From contig JAUCBJ010002026.1 of the NCBI GenBank assembly GCA_032718475.1, positions 11,630-75,629 of the forward strand: 64,000 nt of DNA, in the 5' to 3' direction. This DNA comes from Nemertoderma westbladi (taxonomy: Eukaryota; Animalia; Xenacoelomorpha). The position numbers and the translations under genes are program-made. The notes beneath the pieces are model-generated. The model made no database searches and was not told the origin of the DNA. It saw only the letters and a program-made list of their open reading frames with translations. Below, piece by piece: positions 49,621-62,300 of the stretch. Every line of letters starts with the position of its first letter. Position 1 is the stretch's first letter.

Positions 49621-50299
49621 CTCAAAAACCACTATAATGTAAGTCGCAATGTACAAGATAAAATGAAAATCGCTCTGATTGGCCGAGCGAGCTGAACAAA
49701 GAGAAGTTCCACGTATGCAGTAAATCAGCTGACAGATTTCGTCATCTGAACTACCATCTTTTTAGAGTATTAAGCGCGTTGCGGCATAAAATGGCTTGTT
49801 ATGTCCGCTAAAACACCTACACAGTATATTGCGGAGAAAATGGCTTGTTATGTCCGCTAAAACACCTACACGGTATATTACGGAGAAAAATGACTTGTTA
49901 TATCCGCAAAAGCTTTTACAATAGAATTAAGTAATATCAGCGTTGGTGGGTGTTTTAAAAATGATTGTAGTTAGTGAAACATAAAATTATTAAAAGCATT
50001 TGTGTATTTGTTTACGTGATGAAATCGTAATTGACAAGTAAATAAACGACATACTGCACAACATGTATGTATATTAAATAAGACAATAAATCACATTTAG
50101 TTTTGTAAGTTAAATTCCATTAGGAGTATTATTTAATACTCATTACAGTCATCAGTAGCGAATCAACAAATAGTCAGCTCCATTATCAAGCCCATTTGCC
50201 ACAAAGGTACAAATAATAGAGACACATCAATGAATTCGTACTTCGGTTGAGCGTTTAGATTTGTCATTCCAATATATTTGTCAAACCTAAAAAATAATA

Positions 50300-50970
50300 C
50301 TGTTGTGATTAGACACTTGCATTCTGTATATATTGTGGTAATTAGACGCATTGTAAAATAATATTGTGGTAATTAGATGCAGTGTAGTCTTGTGGTAAAT
50401 AGACACTTGCGTTCTATATATTGTGGTAATTAGATGCCATTGTAAAATAATATTGTGGTAATTAGATGCAGTGTAGTCTTGTGGTAAATAGACACTTGAG
50501 TTCTGTATATTGTGGTAATTAGATGCCAATGTAAAATAATATTGTGGTAATTAGATGCAGTGTAGTCTTGTGGTAAATAGACACTTGAGTTCTGTATATT
50601 GTGGTAATTAGATGCCATTGTAAAATAATATTGTGGTAATTAGATGCAGTGTAGTCTTGTGGTAAATAGACACTTGAGTTCTGTATATTGTGGTAATTAG
50701 ATGCCATTGTAAAATAATATTGTGGTAATTAGATGCAGTGTAGTCTTGTGGTAAATAGACACTTGAGTTCTGTATATTGTGGTAATTAGATGCCATTGTA
50801 AAATAATATTGTGGTAATTAGATGCAGTGTAGTCTTGTGGTAAATAGACACTTGAGTTATGTATATTGTGGTTATTAGATGCAGTGTAGTCTTGTGGTAA
50901 ATAGACACTTGCATTCTATATATTGTGGTAATTAGATGCCAATATAAAATAATATTGTGGTAATTAGATG
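50300..50970. repeat. 89-bp tandem repeat (about 7 copies) in the right TIR arm
   Basis: Near-identical ORFs spaced 89 bp apart (50430, 50519, 50608); three TGTGGTAA(T/A)TAGA subunits per unit; about 2 inverted copies at 34820-35058. Confidence 0.92.
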
Positions 50971-51037
50971 CCTCTATATCGAATTGTTGGGGTAGATTGC
51001 GGTAGATTGTGGTAGGTTGGGGTAATTAGTAGGACCC

Positions 51038-52662
51038 CTTCGCACAGAATGTGAAATACTGAAAAGAGTTGATAAAACTGTTCAGAGTTCTTCATGCAGC
51101 ATGATAAATGCTGAAAATAACAGTTGAAATTGTTCAGATGGCTTCGTGCAACATGAAAAATGCTTAAAATTGCTGTTGAAAGTTATAAAACTGTTCAAAG
51201 TCCTTCATGCAGCATTATAAATGCTGAAAATAACATTTGAAGTTGTTCAGAGTGCTTTGTACAATATGAGAATGCCGAAAATAGCTGTTGAAACTGTTGA
51301 GAGAGAGGCCTTCGTGCAGCATGATAAATGCTGAAAAGGGCTGTCTGGCTGTTGAAACTGCTAAAAGGCCTTCATGCAGCATGAGAAATACTGAAAAGAG
51401 CTGATAAAACTGTTCAGAATCCTTCGTGCATCATGATAAATGCTGAAAAGGGCTGTTAAAACTGCTAAAAGGCCTTCATGCAGCATGAGAAATACTGAAA
51501 AGAGCTGATAAAACTGTTCAGAGTCCTTCATGCAGCATGATAAATGCTGAAAATAACATTTGAAGTTGTTCAGTTAATCAGTTCAGAGGGCTTTGTGCAA
51601 TATGAGAATGCCGAAAATCAGAAAATAGCTGTTGAAACTGTTCAGATGCCATCGTGCAGCATGATAAATGCTGAAAAGAGCTGTTGAAACTGCTAAAAGG
51701 TCTTCATGCAGCATGAGAAATACTGAAAAGAGCTGATAAAACTGTTCAGAGTCCTTCGTGCAGCATGATAAATGCTGAAAATAACATTTGAAGTTGTTCA
51801 GAGTGCTTTGTACAATATGAGAATGCCGAAAATAGCTGTTGAAACTGTTGAGAGGCCTTCGTGCAGCATGATAAATGCTGAAAAGGGCTGTCTGGCTGTT
51901 GAAACTGCTAAAAGGCCTTCATGCAGCATGAGAAATACTGAAAAGAGCTGATAAAACTGTTCAGAATCCTTCGTGCATCATGATAAATGCTGAAAAGGGC
52001 TGTTAAAACTGCTAAAAGGCCTTCATGCAGCATGAGAAATACTGAAAAGAGCTGATAAAACTGTTCAGAGTCCTTCATGCAGCATGATAAATGCTGAAAA
52101 TAACATTTGAAGTTGTTCAGTTAATCAGTTCAGAGGGCTTTGTGCAATATGAGAATGCCGAAAATCAGAAAATAGCTGTTGAAACTGTTCAGATGCCATC
52201 GTGCAGCATGATAAATACTGAAAAGAGCTGTTGAAACTGCTAAAAGGTCTTCATGCAGCATGAGAAATACTGAAAAGAGCTGATAAAACTGTTCAGAGTC
52301 CTTCGTGCAGCATGATAAATGCTGAAAATAACATTTGAAGTTGTTCAGAGTGCTTTGTACAATATGAGAATGCCGAAAATAGCTGTTGAAACTGTTGAGA
52401 GGCCTTCGTGCAGCATGATAAATGCTGAAAAGGGCTGTCTGGCTGTTGAAACTGCTAAAAGGCCTTCATGCAGCATGAGAAATACTGAAAAGAGCTGATA
52501 AAACTGTTCAGAATCCTTCGTGCTTCATGATAAATGCTGAAAAGGGCTGTTAAAACTGCTAAAAGGCCTTCATGCAGCATGAGAAATACCGAAAAGAGCT
52601 GATAAAACTGTTCAGAGTCCTCCATGCAGCATGATAAATGCTGAAAATAACATTTGAAGTTG
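51038..52662. repeat. ~52-bp satellite, right part, with ~547-bp higher-order repeat
   Basis: About 30 monomers; variant GAGTGCTTTGTACAATATGAG recurs at about 51250, 51801 and 52348. Confidence 0.9.
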
Positions 52663-53026
52663 CTGATAGCTGGATAGGCTTACCGCAGTACAGGTATTAC
52701 AGTCAGACTCAGATTGTAGTCTAGTTATACACTGTATACTGGTATAGGCAGGCCTACTGTTTGCAGGTTTGGGTGGGTATCTTTCATACAGCCATATCAG
52801 CATAATACTGTAATTGTAATATGCCTGCCTACCTGTTATTAATCAACTGATACCTGGATAGAGTGAGATAATGTCTTAATGTGTACCGGTCTGCCGGTAA
52901 TGTCTTCATATGATTACGATCCCTGGATCCTCTACCATGTTCGAACAATGTTAATTTAAAATTCTGTCTTCCGCGGAATCTTTCAAAAACTTCTAATTTG
53001 TACTGTTGTACAAATATCCCGACAAA

Positions 53027-53851
53027 ATGAATTACCAAACCGATATCAATTCAACGATTGAGTTGGGGAATGAAGGGCTTGCATTTGCGCATATTAATCC
53101 CCACGATGGTTTAGATAATCCGGCATCCCAGAATTGGCATTTCCCTCGCTCATCGCTTTCGGATGACGGTGCCAGCAGTAGCTGTGTCGATACGGATAGC
53201 AATCCGGCCTCTAGGAAAAGCTCAATGCGGTCGACCCCTCCATCTACCCCAACTTCGGGTAGTAAATCGGTGCGCTTTGCCGACACGTTGGGGATGGATC
53301 TCGAGTTGGTTCGACAGTACCTGGAGGATTCTGGGAGTCGCGACCATTCCTCCGAGGATTTAACCCTGATTGGTAAGGGAGATGAAGCCGTTAGTGAGGA
53401 AATACGATCCAAGTTTATCCATCCATGCTTCACCCAGCCTTGCAGCCAATCGAACTTTATTACGAGACTCAATCAAGACCGGATTTGCCTTGAAACCTCT
53501 GTAATATCCAGTATGTCGATACTTGGCACCGTGAGAGTGAGAAACCTATCCTTCGATAAAGTCGTCAAGTTGAGGTATACCGCAGATAATTGGAAAACAC
53601 ACAAAGATGCGGAAGCTACATATATCAAGGGATCCTGCGACCAATTTACGGATCGGTTCTCCTTTTGTATTCATTTACCAAGTCACCTTGTTGTTGGTAC
53701 TTCTATTGAAGCTGCACTGTGCTACATAGCTGGCGGTACTCAAGTGTTTTGGGACAACAATCAAGGTCATAATTATCTCTTCAGGGTGTTCTCTAAGGTA
53801 GAAGGAGATGATAGATTCACTCAGGATTACTTTTCTTCACAATACATATGA
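53027..53851 (+). CDS. Protein phosphatase 1 glycogen-targeting regulatory subunit (PPP1R3 family, CBM21 domain)
   Basis: RVxF motif KSVRFADTLGMDL; CBM21 motifs ICLET, GTVRVRNLSFDKVVKLRYTADNWKT, DRFSF, WDNNQGHNY. ATG in CAAAATG context; 274 aa; uninterrupted. Confidence 0.92.
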   Translation: MNYQTDINSTIELGNEGLAFAHINPHDGLDNPASQNWHFPRSSLSDDGASSSCVDTDSNPASRKSSMRSTPPSTPTSGSKSVRFADTLGMDLELVRQYLEDSGSRDHSSEDLTLIGKGDEAVSEEIRSKFIHPCFTQPCSQSNFITRLNQDRICLETSVISSMSILGTVRVRNLSFDKVVKLRYTADNWKTHKDAEATYIKGSCDQFTDRFSFCIHLPSHLVVGTSIEAALCYIAGGTQVFWDNNQGHNYLFRVFSKVEGDDRFTQDYFSSQYI

Positions 53852-56843
53852 ATATGATCTCATTTACTGATTTAGGTGATGTTTGTGCTATTAGTGAGTA
53901 GGTTGCTTACTGAAAACATGAAGTAGTGTAAGTTATACAAATAGCTGCCTACAATTGCTTGATAGAGTGTGCCCGTGTTTATAAGTAATTACAGAATTAC
54001 ATAAGTAAATAGATATTTTAGACGGAATTGCTAATAATATTGTATTTATTTAAAGAGTTTTACTGTACTGCTGAAGGCCTAGTTATTGACTAGAGTTCTA
54101 ACGTAATTTTTACTCTAGTTGATTAGTAACGTTAGTATTCTATGGGCATAAGGGGGGGGGGGGGGGGGTGTTTGATTATGGCCAATGTCTGCAAATTATC
54201 TTTTATTTGATACAAATGGCCTAATAATACAGTAATAGTTTTAAATTGATGTAAAACTGCTAAATTTAACATAAACCTAATTATCAATAACGATAACGAA
54301 TTTATGTAATCATGAAATACTTAAAGTCATCAAGAACGGTATTGTAAATGATGTTGAATAGTTATGTAAGAGGATTTCGTAACAATCTTACTTAAACTCA
54401 ATAGTAACAGACTTATTTGATGAACTTATTGTTAGGTATTTTTATGAACGAATCCCATATACCTAACGACGCGGTATACAGTACATTGTAAATATATATC
54501 TTTCTAATAACGACGGAATCACAATTTATCTATATCGGAAAATCGACGCAAATAACAGCGGATTCTCTCAAAAATTAAATAATCTATTCTATTGACTTTT
54601 GTTTATTGTTTTGGTTTGAATAATGTTCAATGTATCCTGCTCCTTTCTATTAATTGATTTTAAACATTGTCACGTATCGAGATGAGATCTGCGTCAATTG
54701 CGTCTGCGTATCTTATATTTTAATTTTTCAAAATTTAATTGTATAATTATTTATTATGTAATGACAATGTTTTGTATTTATATCTCACTATATTGTAATA
54801 TTATATTTATATATAATATTATATTTATATATAATATTATATTATATGTTAAGTTAGAACTCTGGTAGGTTAGAGTATAATATAATCTATAAACCGTTAC
54901 ATATTATGTACATTTTACAGTTACTGGTACATACATACTGCCCCTGTCCCGTAATAATAAAGGATACCGGTACCTTAATGACAAGTTCGTCAGGTTCTTG
55001 GTACATCATGTGAAGATTACATAGTGGATATTTTTTTCTAGAACTTAAACTTAGAAGCTTATGACCGGACCGGAATTGTTACACTTACAATTATTGGAGT
55101 TTATTGTTATAATATATCTACAGTTACAACAGTTAAGGGAAGCTGACAACAAATTACAATAAATTAAGTAGGTCCTATTATAGGGAGTCTTATTCTTAAT
55201 AATTCAAATTATTTCTGGGCAATGGTGGGTATCATTTGTCTTTATTTATATTTTGTAATATAATGTATCTATCACATAAAACACAATGAACCATCCACAC
55301 CCACGCATGATAGGTGGCTGGTTCATTTGTTTTTTATTTATTATATCACCAATTCAGGTTCTATGTACTGCATTTTGTTATATTTATATTTACATTTTGT
55401 TATAGGCTTTATTTATGCATAGAACCATCACATTGTATTTATGTCTGACTACATATTATTTATGTAAGGCATGTTGAACGGCACCAGTATACTGAGTCCT
55501 TAAAAGTATTTAGCAAGTAAATATTATGAATATTTCAATCAGTGTTGCATTCTTTCTTGCAACTTTGGGACGTATTTGGTGGCATTTAGTATTTAAATTA
55601 TTTATACATTATTGTTTATATTATTCATTTATTTGTCCAGATATTATTTTGGAGGCCATGTATGTATTGGCGGGGATAAACAAATTAAATTAAAGCATCA
55701 AAAGTTGTCAACCTATTAAGAATACCAAGGAATTGCTTAAACCCGGTATTTAAACCATTTATTGCATGGGAAATAAGGTATAACTTTATTTTATCTGTGA
55801 TACAGTTACCGAGTGATGTTTCTGAGCACATATTACAAAAACCGGTCGTTATCTACATTTAATTCTCATGCAGCATGCGTTATCCCGGGTGTAAGTAAAC
55901 GCCACGCCCCAAGTCGACAATCATCAATATCATGCTAAATAAAGTCAATCATAAATTGAGGGAAAGGAATAGGTTACAGTGGCATGCTATTCTAACCAAA
56001 TAATGATAGAGTTAAGCTCGAGAGCACAGTTACAGTTTCTTGTCGGCTGTGATTATCGGTTGTCTGCTTGTAATTTACACCGAAATATCACCTAATTTTA
56101 TTTTGCACTCGACTTGTATTTCTGTTGCTTAATAATGCGATTATACCCAAACAGTTTGGGCGCAGTGATGGTATTAATTGCTGGAATAACTTTTGCGAGT
56201 AAACATTTTAATTTTTGTAAATAAGTTTTACAGGTATTTAATTTATTTATCCCCGAAATTGCCAGGTTAGAGGTCACACATGTTTGGCAATAAATATTTT
56301 ATTTTAGGTGCAACCCAGTTCAAATCTTAATAATATCGCAATGTCATTGAATTGGATCAACTTAAATTTATTACAATTTTAGCATATCATATAATATTTA
56401 AATTGAGGGAGTTTTAATGTTGCTTATTAAGACGAACCAAAACAATAAACGGGAGCCATAGCACAGGTTATAGTTTCATAATCAACTACGCAATAACTTA
56501 ATTGAGATGTAATTATTACTCAGGCGACGTTTTCTTTTGGGCGAAGGTTGCTGCGTTCCGTAAACATTATCTGAAATTGTAGGCGGTGTAATATTATTTA
56601 TTATATATCCTACATGCGGATGAATTATACCTAATTTCGATTAACTATATTACGGTACGGCTGTGAGATTCTACCAATAGCATTTATAATAATAATTAAT
56701 TGTTGACTAACTTATTTCAGATTATCTGAATGAACGGAAGGTAATTTCCGGTAAATGTTATCTCATACATGTAATATACACATGTAATAATTGTTATTGT
56801 ATTGATGTTTTGGGTAAATGAGAGGTTTAATATTATTATTATT

Positions 56844-56913
56844 ACCAGGTGGGTTCGAACCTTTGACCTACATGATGGAAGTATGGCGTTTTAACTATTC
56901 CGTTAGCGGTTAA
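56844..56913 (-). pseudogene. tRNA-derived relic (SINE-head-like)
   Basis: Minus strand CTAACGGAATAGTTAAAACGCC...GGTTCGAACCCACCTGG has A-box-like and B-box motifs; stems are degenerate. Confidence 0.5.
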
Positions 56914-56973
56914 GATAAAAGGTCAAGTACAGTAGGGTTGGCCACAGCAAGATTTAATGTCTACCTTTTATTT

Positions 56974-57046
56974 GTGCCTCTAGCGGAATGATTAGAGCGC
57001 CAGACTTCAATCTTGGAGATCACTAGTTCGATCCCACCTGGACATC
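56974..57046 (+). pseudogene. tRNA-derived relic (SINE-head-like)
   Basis: CTAGCGGAATGATTAGAGCGCCAGACTTCAATCTTGG...GTTCGATCCCACCTGG; acceptor and T stems are mispaired. Confidence 0.55.
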
Positions 57047-57174
57047 ATTGTCGAATTTGCTAAGCTGTGTCGAAAGAAAATTATAATTTCTCATATTGTG
57101 TTTTATGGTACTTTCTGTGCTTTTACGTAAAACAGTAATAAAAATATCTTAAAGATTACCATTTACTAAAGATA

Positions 57175-58912
57175 CAGTGGGTCATTCTCAACAAAAGTGG
57201 CCAAAACCGACTTAGAAATTGTCCGGAACGTAATTTCTGTTTAGATTGATGAATTTTTAAACGGTAAAATGTTTTATATATGAAACTTGGCCTGAAAATT
57301 CTGCTCATCATGTTTTCAGGGTTGAAAAATCCCTGCATATTACCATATTTCTCTGTCAAACGCTAAAAAATAGCATTTTTAACACTTGTTTAAAGAATTT
57401 GCATAACATTTAGAGAGCAGTAGAATGACCTCATTATGGTCCTTGGTGTACAAACTATATATCATTCGGAAGCTTGAAAAATTTCCTACACTCTCAGATC
57501 AGTTTTTGGAGGATACAAATACTTCCGTTCCAGTAACAGCATAAAATATTATTAAATTTCAATATGACCCCTGTAATGTCCCAAATGTTCAATAGAGGTT
57601 CGAAAGAATCTATAAGAAGTTATCAGTCGGTATGATGATACGCAAATCCAGCCTCAATTATTACAGAACACAATAAAAAAAACCTTATTGAAAACGATCC
57701 AGTAGTTGCCGAGATTTTAACATCTATATGTGACAAACCCGGTATGTTCAAGATGTTTTGTCCCATGTTTTCCATAACTAATTCTGCATATAAATTTGCA
57801 TGTAACATTTTGAATTAACAAAGTAAAGTTATTATAGTAGATTAAAACATGGGCAATACAGCCATTGTTACTTCCAACTTCAATATTAAAGTGTGCTCCC
57901 TACACATTCAATATCAAGATCAATTTGTCCCTCCATGTAATGGCCCTGTAATTGTCCCACAAAATACGTGTGCGAGATGCCATTACAGTGAGGGACTGTC
58001 CCTTCTCTGTAATGGCAAATTTAGTATTGATTCTATGGCACACTAATTGGTGGGAAATTTGAAAAGCATCTGTATTTGGTCATTTAATTTCAGGACTTAA
58101 CTTTTCTGTTTTAATTAACTTACACCGTACCATTCTACTAACATAGACTAATTTTGGTCCGTTAAATTTACAAAATGGAAACACGAAACCATGCCTTCCA
58201 CCATGCGAACTATTATGTACGAAGCATTCAAGTGCAGTGAAAGACTTCGCGATTTTAGATTTTACAGGGTTTGATATGTCGGATGCTGAACTTTACCCCT
58301 CAATTGATTCTCTCCAATTTTTGTCTGAATGAAAACTTTATATAATTTCGAAGTTTATTGAATTTCGAATTCACTCTGTCCGAACTAATTTTGTTTCTAG
58401 GCTATTGTAGCAACTTACGAATAGTTTGGAATTGTCTGATTTTGGTTTCTTTTCTGTGGTCGATTATATTAATTTTTAAAAATAATACACAATTTTGACA
58501 AAACTTATCTTTCTCGGAAAACTTACTAAAAAGTTATGTATGGAAAATTAACTAAATACATACGTACATGACTATTATATTGTTACAATTTGTGGGGACA
58601 TCGCATTACACGGTAGGCCTACCAATAGAAATATATGAATATATTGTTACAGGGCTGGGACATCGCATTACAGGGGCAATTTACAGCCTAAAAATTCGTA
58701 TTACATGGAGGGACAAACCATTACAGGCGGGACACATACTTTACCTTGATTATTTCTTTAAGATTTTATCTAACATCTCGGAGATTGTCACCATTGAATT
58801 CTCCTTAAAAAATGCTTTCAGAATATATATAGTTTTGTATGGTTTCAATGGAGTTGAAATTTCAGGAATATTTCAGTTCTATTTGGCCACTTTCGGTGAG
58901 AATCACCCAGTG
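57175..58912. mobile_element. Non-autonomous TIR DNA transposon (CAC-ended; Chapaev/Transib/EnSpm-like)
   Basis: Left end CAGTGGGTCATTCTCAACAAAAGTGGCCAAA matches the reverse complement of the right end, CACTGGGTGATTCTCACCGAAAGTGGCCAAA. Internal inverted GTCCCTCCATGTAAT / ATTACATGGAGGGAC. Flanks GATA and CATA. Confidence 0.7.
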
Positions 58913-59316
58913 CATACTGCGCAAGATACTCTTCTTGCTTTAACCTATAGTAATATAATATTTAAATAATAATAATTATAGTCTAGATCTAGATAGAACC
59001 CATTACTCGAATGTTTTTCATCGACTGTTCAAGTCTGCTTGCCGCTCGCCTGCTTGCCACTCGCCTGCTTGCCGCTCGTGCTGGGAAGGTGTTGTACTGG
59101 TTTCTAGAAGATAACACAGTCAAGTTGCAACTGCAGCACTGCCAGTCCCAGTACTGTTGTGCACTGTCATGGTAATTAAATTCCCGGGAAATAAATTAAA
59201 ATACATTTCGGAGCACTTTTATCTACTTCCGAGATTGAAAGGCAATCTTTAAACCCGAACCTTCACATAAAGAGCGCGATAAAGGAAGTAATAGTGATTG
59301 TTGTTCTTCTTTTTGT

Positions 59317-62300
59317 GCAGCAAAATCCATCTACTTGGACTGGGGTTGGCGTGCAGCCAAATCCATCTCCTTGGACGGGGTTGGTGTGCAGCTAAATATA
59401 TCTCCTTGGACGGGGTTGGTGTGCAGCTAAATCCATCTCCTTGGACGGGGTTGGTGTGCAGCTAAATCCATCTCCTTGGACGGGGTTGGTGTGCAGCTAA
59501 ATCCATCTGGGACGGGGGGTTGGTGGGCAGCTAAATCTATCTGGGACGGGGGATTGGTGTGCAGCAAAATCCATGTCGGACGGGGTTGGTGTGCAGCTAA
59601 ATCTATCTCCTTGGACGGGGTTGGTGTGCAGCTAAATCTATCTCCTTGGACGGGGTTGGTGTGCAGCTAAATCTATCTGGGACGGGGGATTGGTGTGCAG
59701 CAAAATCCATGTCCTTGGACGGGGTTGGTGGGCAGCTAAATCCATGTCCTTGGACGGGGTTGGTGTGCAGCTAAATCTATCTCCTTGGACGGGGTTGGTG
59801 TGTACAGCTAAATCCATCTTGGACGGGATTGGTGTGCAGCTAAATCCAGCTCCTTGGCCGGGGTTGGTGTACAGCTAAATCTATCTCCTTGGGCGGGGTT
59901 GGTGTACAGCTAAATCCATCTCCTTGGACGGGGTTGGTGTGCAGCTAAATCCATGTCCTTGGACGGGGTTGGTGTGCAGCTAAATTCATCTCCTTGGATG
60001 GGGTTGGTGGACAGCTAAATCTATCTGGGATGGGGGATTGGTGTGCAGCAAAATCCATCTCCTTGGACGGGGTTGGTGTGCAGCTAAATCTATCTCCTTG
60101 GACGGGGTTGGTGTACAGCTAAATCCATCTTGGACGGGATTGGTGTGCAGCTAAATCCAGCTCCTTGGCCGGGGTTGGTGTACAGCTAAATCCATCTCCT
60201 TGGGCGGGGTTGGTGTACAGCTAAATCCATCTCCTTGGACGGGGTTGGTGTGCAGCTAAATCCAGCTCCTTGGCCGGGGTTGGTGTACAGCTAAATCCAT
60301 CTCCTTGGACGGGGTTGGTTTGCAGCTAAATCCATCTCCTTGGGCGGGGTTGGTGTGCAGCTAAATCTATCCCCTTGGACGGGGTTGGTGGGCAGCTAAA
60401 TCCAGGTCCTTGGCCGGGGTTGGTGTACAGCTAAATAAATCTCCTTGGACGGGGTTGGTTTGCAGTTAAATCCATCTCATTGGACGGGGTTGGTTTGCAG
60501 CTAAATCCATCTGGGACGGGGGATTGGTGGGCAGCTAAATCCATCTCCTTGGACGGGGTTGGTGGGCAGCTAAATCCATCTCCTTGGGCGGGGTTGGTGT
60601 AGCAAAATCCATCTCCTTGGACGGGGTTGGTGGGCAGCTAAATCCATCTCCTTGGGCGGGGTTGGTGTGCAGCTAAATCTATCCCCTTGGACGGGGTTGG
60701 TGTGCAGCTAAATCTATCCCCTTGGACGGGGTTGGTGGGCAGCTAAATCCAGCTCCTTGGCCGGGGTTGGTGTACAGTTAAATCCATATCCTTGGGCGGG
60801 GTTGGTTTGCAGCTAAATCAATCTCCTTGGACGGGGTTGGTGTGCAGCTAAATCCATCTGGGACGGGGGATTGGTGTGCTGTGCAGCTAAATCCATCTCC
60901 TTGGCCGGGGTGTTGGTGTACAGCTAAATCCATATCCTTGGGCGGGGTTGGTTTGCAGCTAAATCCATCTCCTTGGACGGGGTTGGTGTGCAGCTAAATC
61001 CATCTGGGACGTGGGATTGGTGGGCAGCTAAATCCATCTCCTTGGACGGGGTAGGTGGGCAGCTAAATCCATCTCCTTGGGCGGGGTTGGTGTAGCAAAA
61101 TCCATCTCCGTGGACGGGGTTGGTGTGCAGCTAAATCCATCTCTTGGCCGGGGTTGGTGTACAGCTAAATCCATATCCTTGGGCGTGGTTGGTTTGCAGC
61201 TAAATCCATCTCCTTGGACGGGGTTGGTGTGCAGCTAAATCCATCTGGGACGGGGGATTGGTGGGCAGCTAAATCCATCTCCTTGGATGGGGTTGGTGGG
61301 CAGCTAAATCCATCTCCTTGGGCGGGGTTGGTGTAGCAAAATCCATCTCCTTGGACGGGGTTGGTGTGCAGCTAAATCCATCTCTTGGACGGGGTTGGTG
61401 GGCAGCTAAATCCATCTCCTTGGGCGGGGTTGGTGTGCAGCTAAATCTATCCCCTTGGACGGGGTTGGTGTGCAGCTAAATCTATCCCCTTGGACGGGGT
61501 TGGTGGGCAGCTAAATCCAGCTCCTTGGCCGGGGTTGGTGTACAGCTAAATCAATCTCCTTGGACGGGGTTGGTTTGCAGTTAAATCCATCTCATTGCAC
61601 GGGGTTGGTTTGCAGCTAAATCCATCTCCTTGGACGGGGTTGGTGTGCAACTAAATCCATCTGGGACGGGGGATTAGTGTGCAGCTAAATCTATCACCTT
61701 GGACGGGGTTGGTGGGCAGCTAAATCCATCTCCTTGGACGGGGTTGGTGTAGCAAAATCCATCTCCTTGGACGGGGTTGGTTTGCAGCTAAATCCATCTC
61801 CTTGGACAGGGTTGGTGTGCAGCTAAATCCAGCTCCTTGGCCGGGATTGGTGTGCAGCTAAATCCATCTCCTTGGGCGGGGTTGGTGTGCAGCTACATCC
61901 ATGTCCTTGGACGGGGTTGGTGTGCAGCAAAATCTATCTCCTTGGATGGGGTTGGTGTGCAGCTAAATTTGGTGTGCAGCTAAATAGTAAATCTATCTCC
62001 TTGGACGGGGTTGGTGGGCAGCTAATCCAGCTCCTTGGCCGGGGTTGGTGTACAGCTAAATCCATATCCTTGGGCGGGGTGGTTTGCAGCTAAATCAATC
62101 TCCTTGGACGGGGTTGGTGTGCAGCTAAATCCATCTGGGACGGGGGATTGGTGTGCAGCTAAATCCATCTCCTTGGACGGGGTTGGTGGGCAGCTAAATC
62201 CATCTCCTTGGGCGGGGTTGGTGTAGCAAAATCCATCTCCTTGGACGGGGTTGGTGGGCAGCTAAATCCATCTCCTTGGGCGGGGTTGGTGTGCAGCTAA

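Larger units (their letters stand above)
34738..51037. mobile_element. Foldback/MULE-like element with long tandem-repeat TIRs enclosing nested TEs
   Basis: GGTCCTACTAATTACCCCAACCTACCACAAT at 34739 is the reverse complement of the segment ending at 51036. TSD CTTCGCAC at 34730-34737 and 51038-51045. Both arms contain the 89-bp repeat. No own transposase seen; superfamily uncertain. Confidence 0.8.

Noticed and set aside
50163-50796. Repeated 62-aa MASNYHNIQ ORFs
   Set aside because: Translations of the 89-bp tandem repeat.
56974-57046. Functional UCA-anticodon tRNA (Sec or opal suppressor)
   Set aside because: The loop reads CTTCAAT, but the acceptor and T stems are mispaired and there is no long Sec variable arm.
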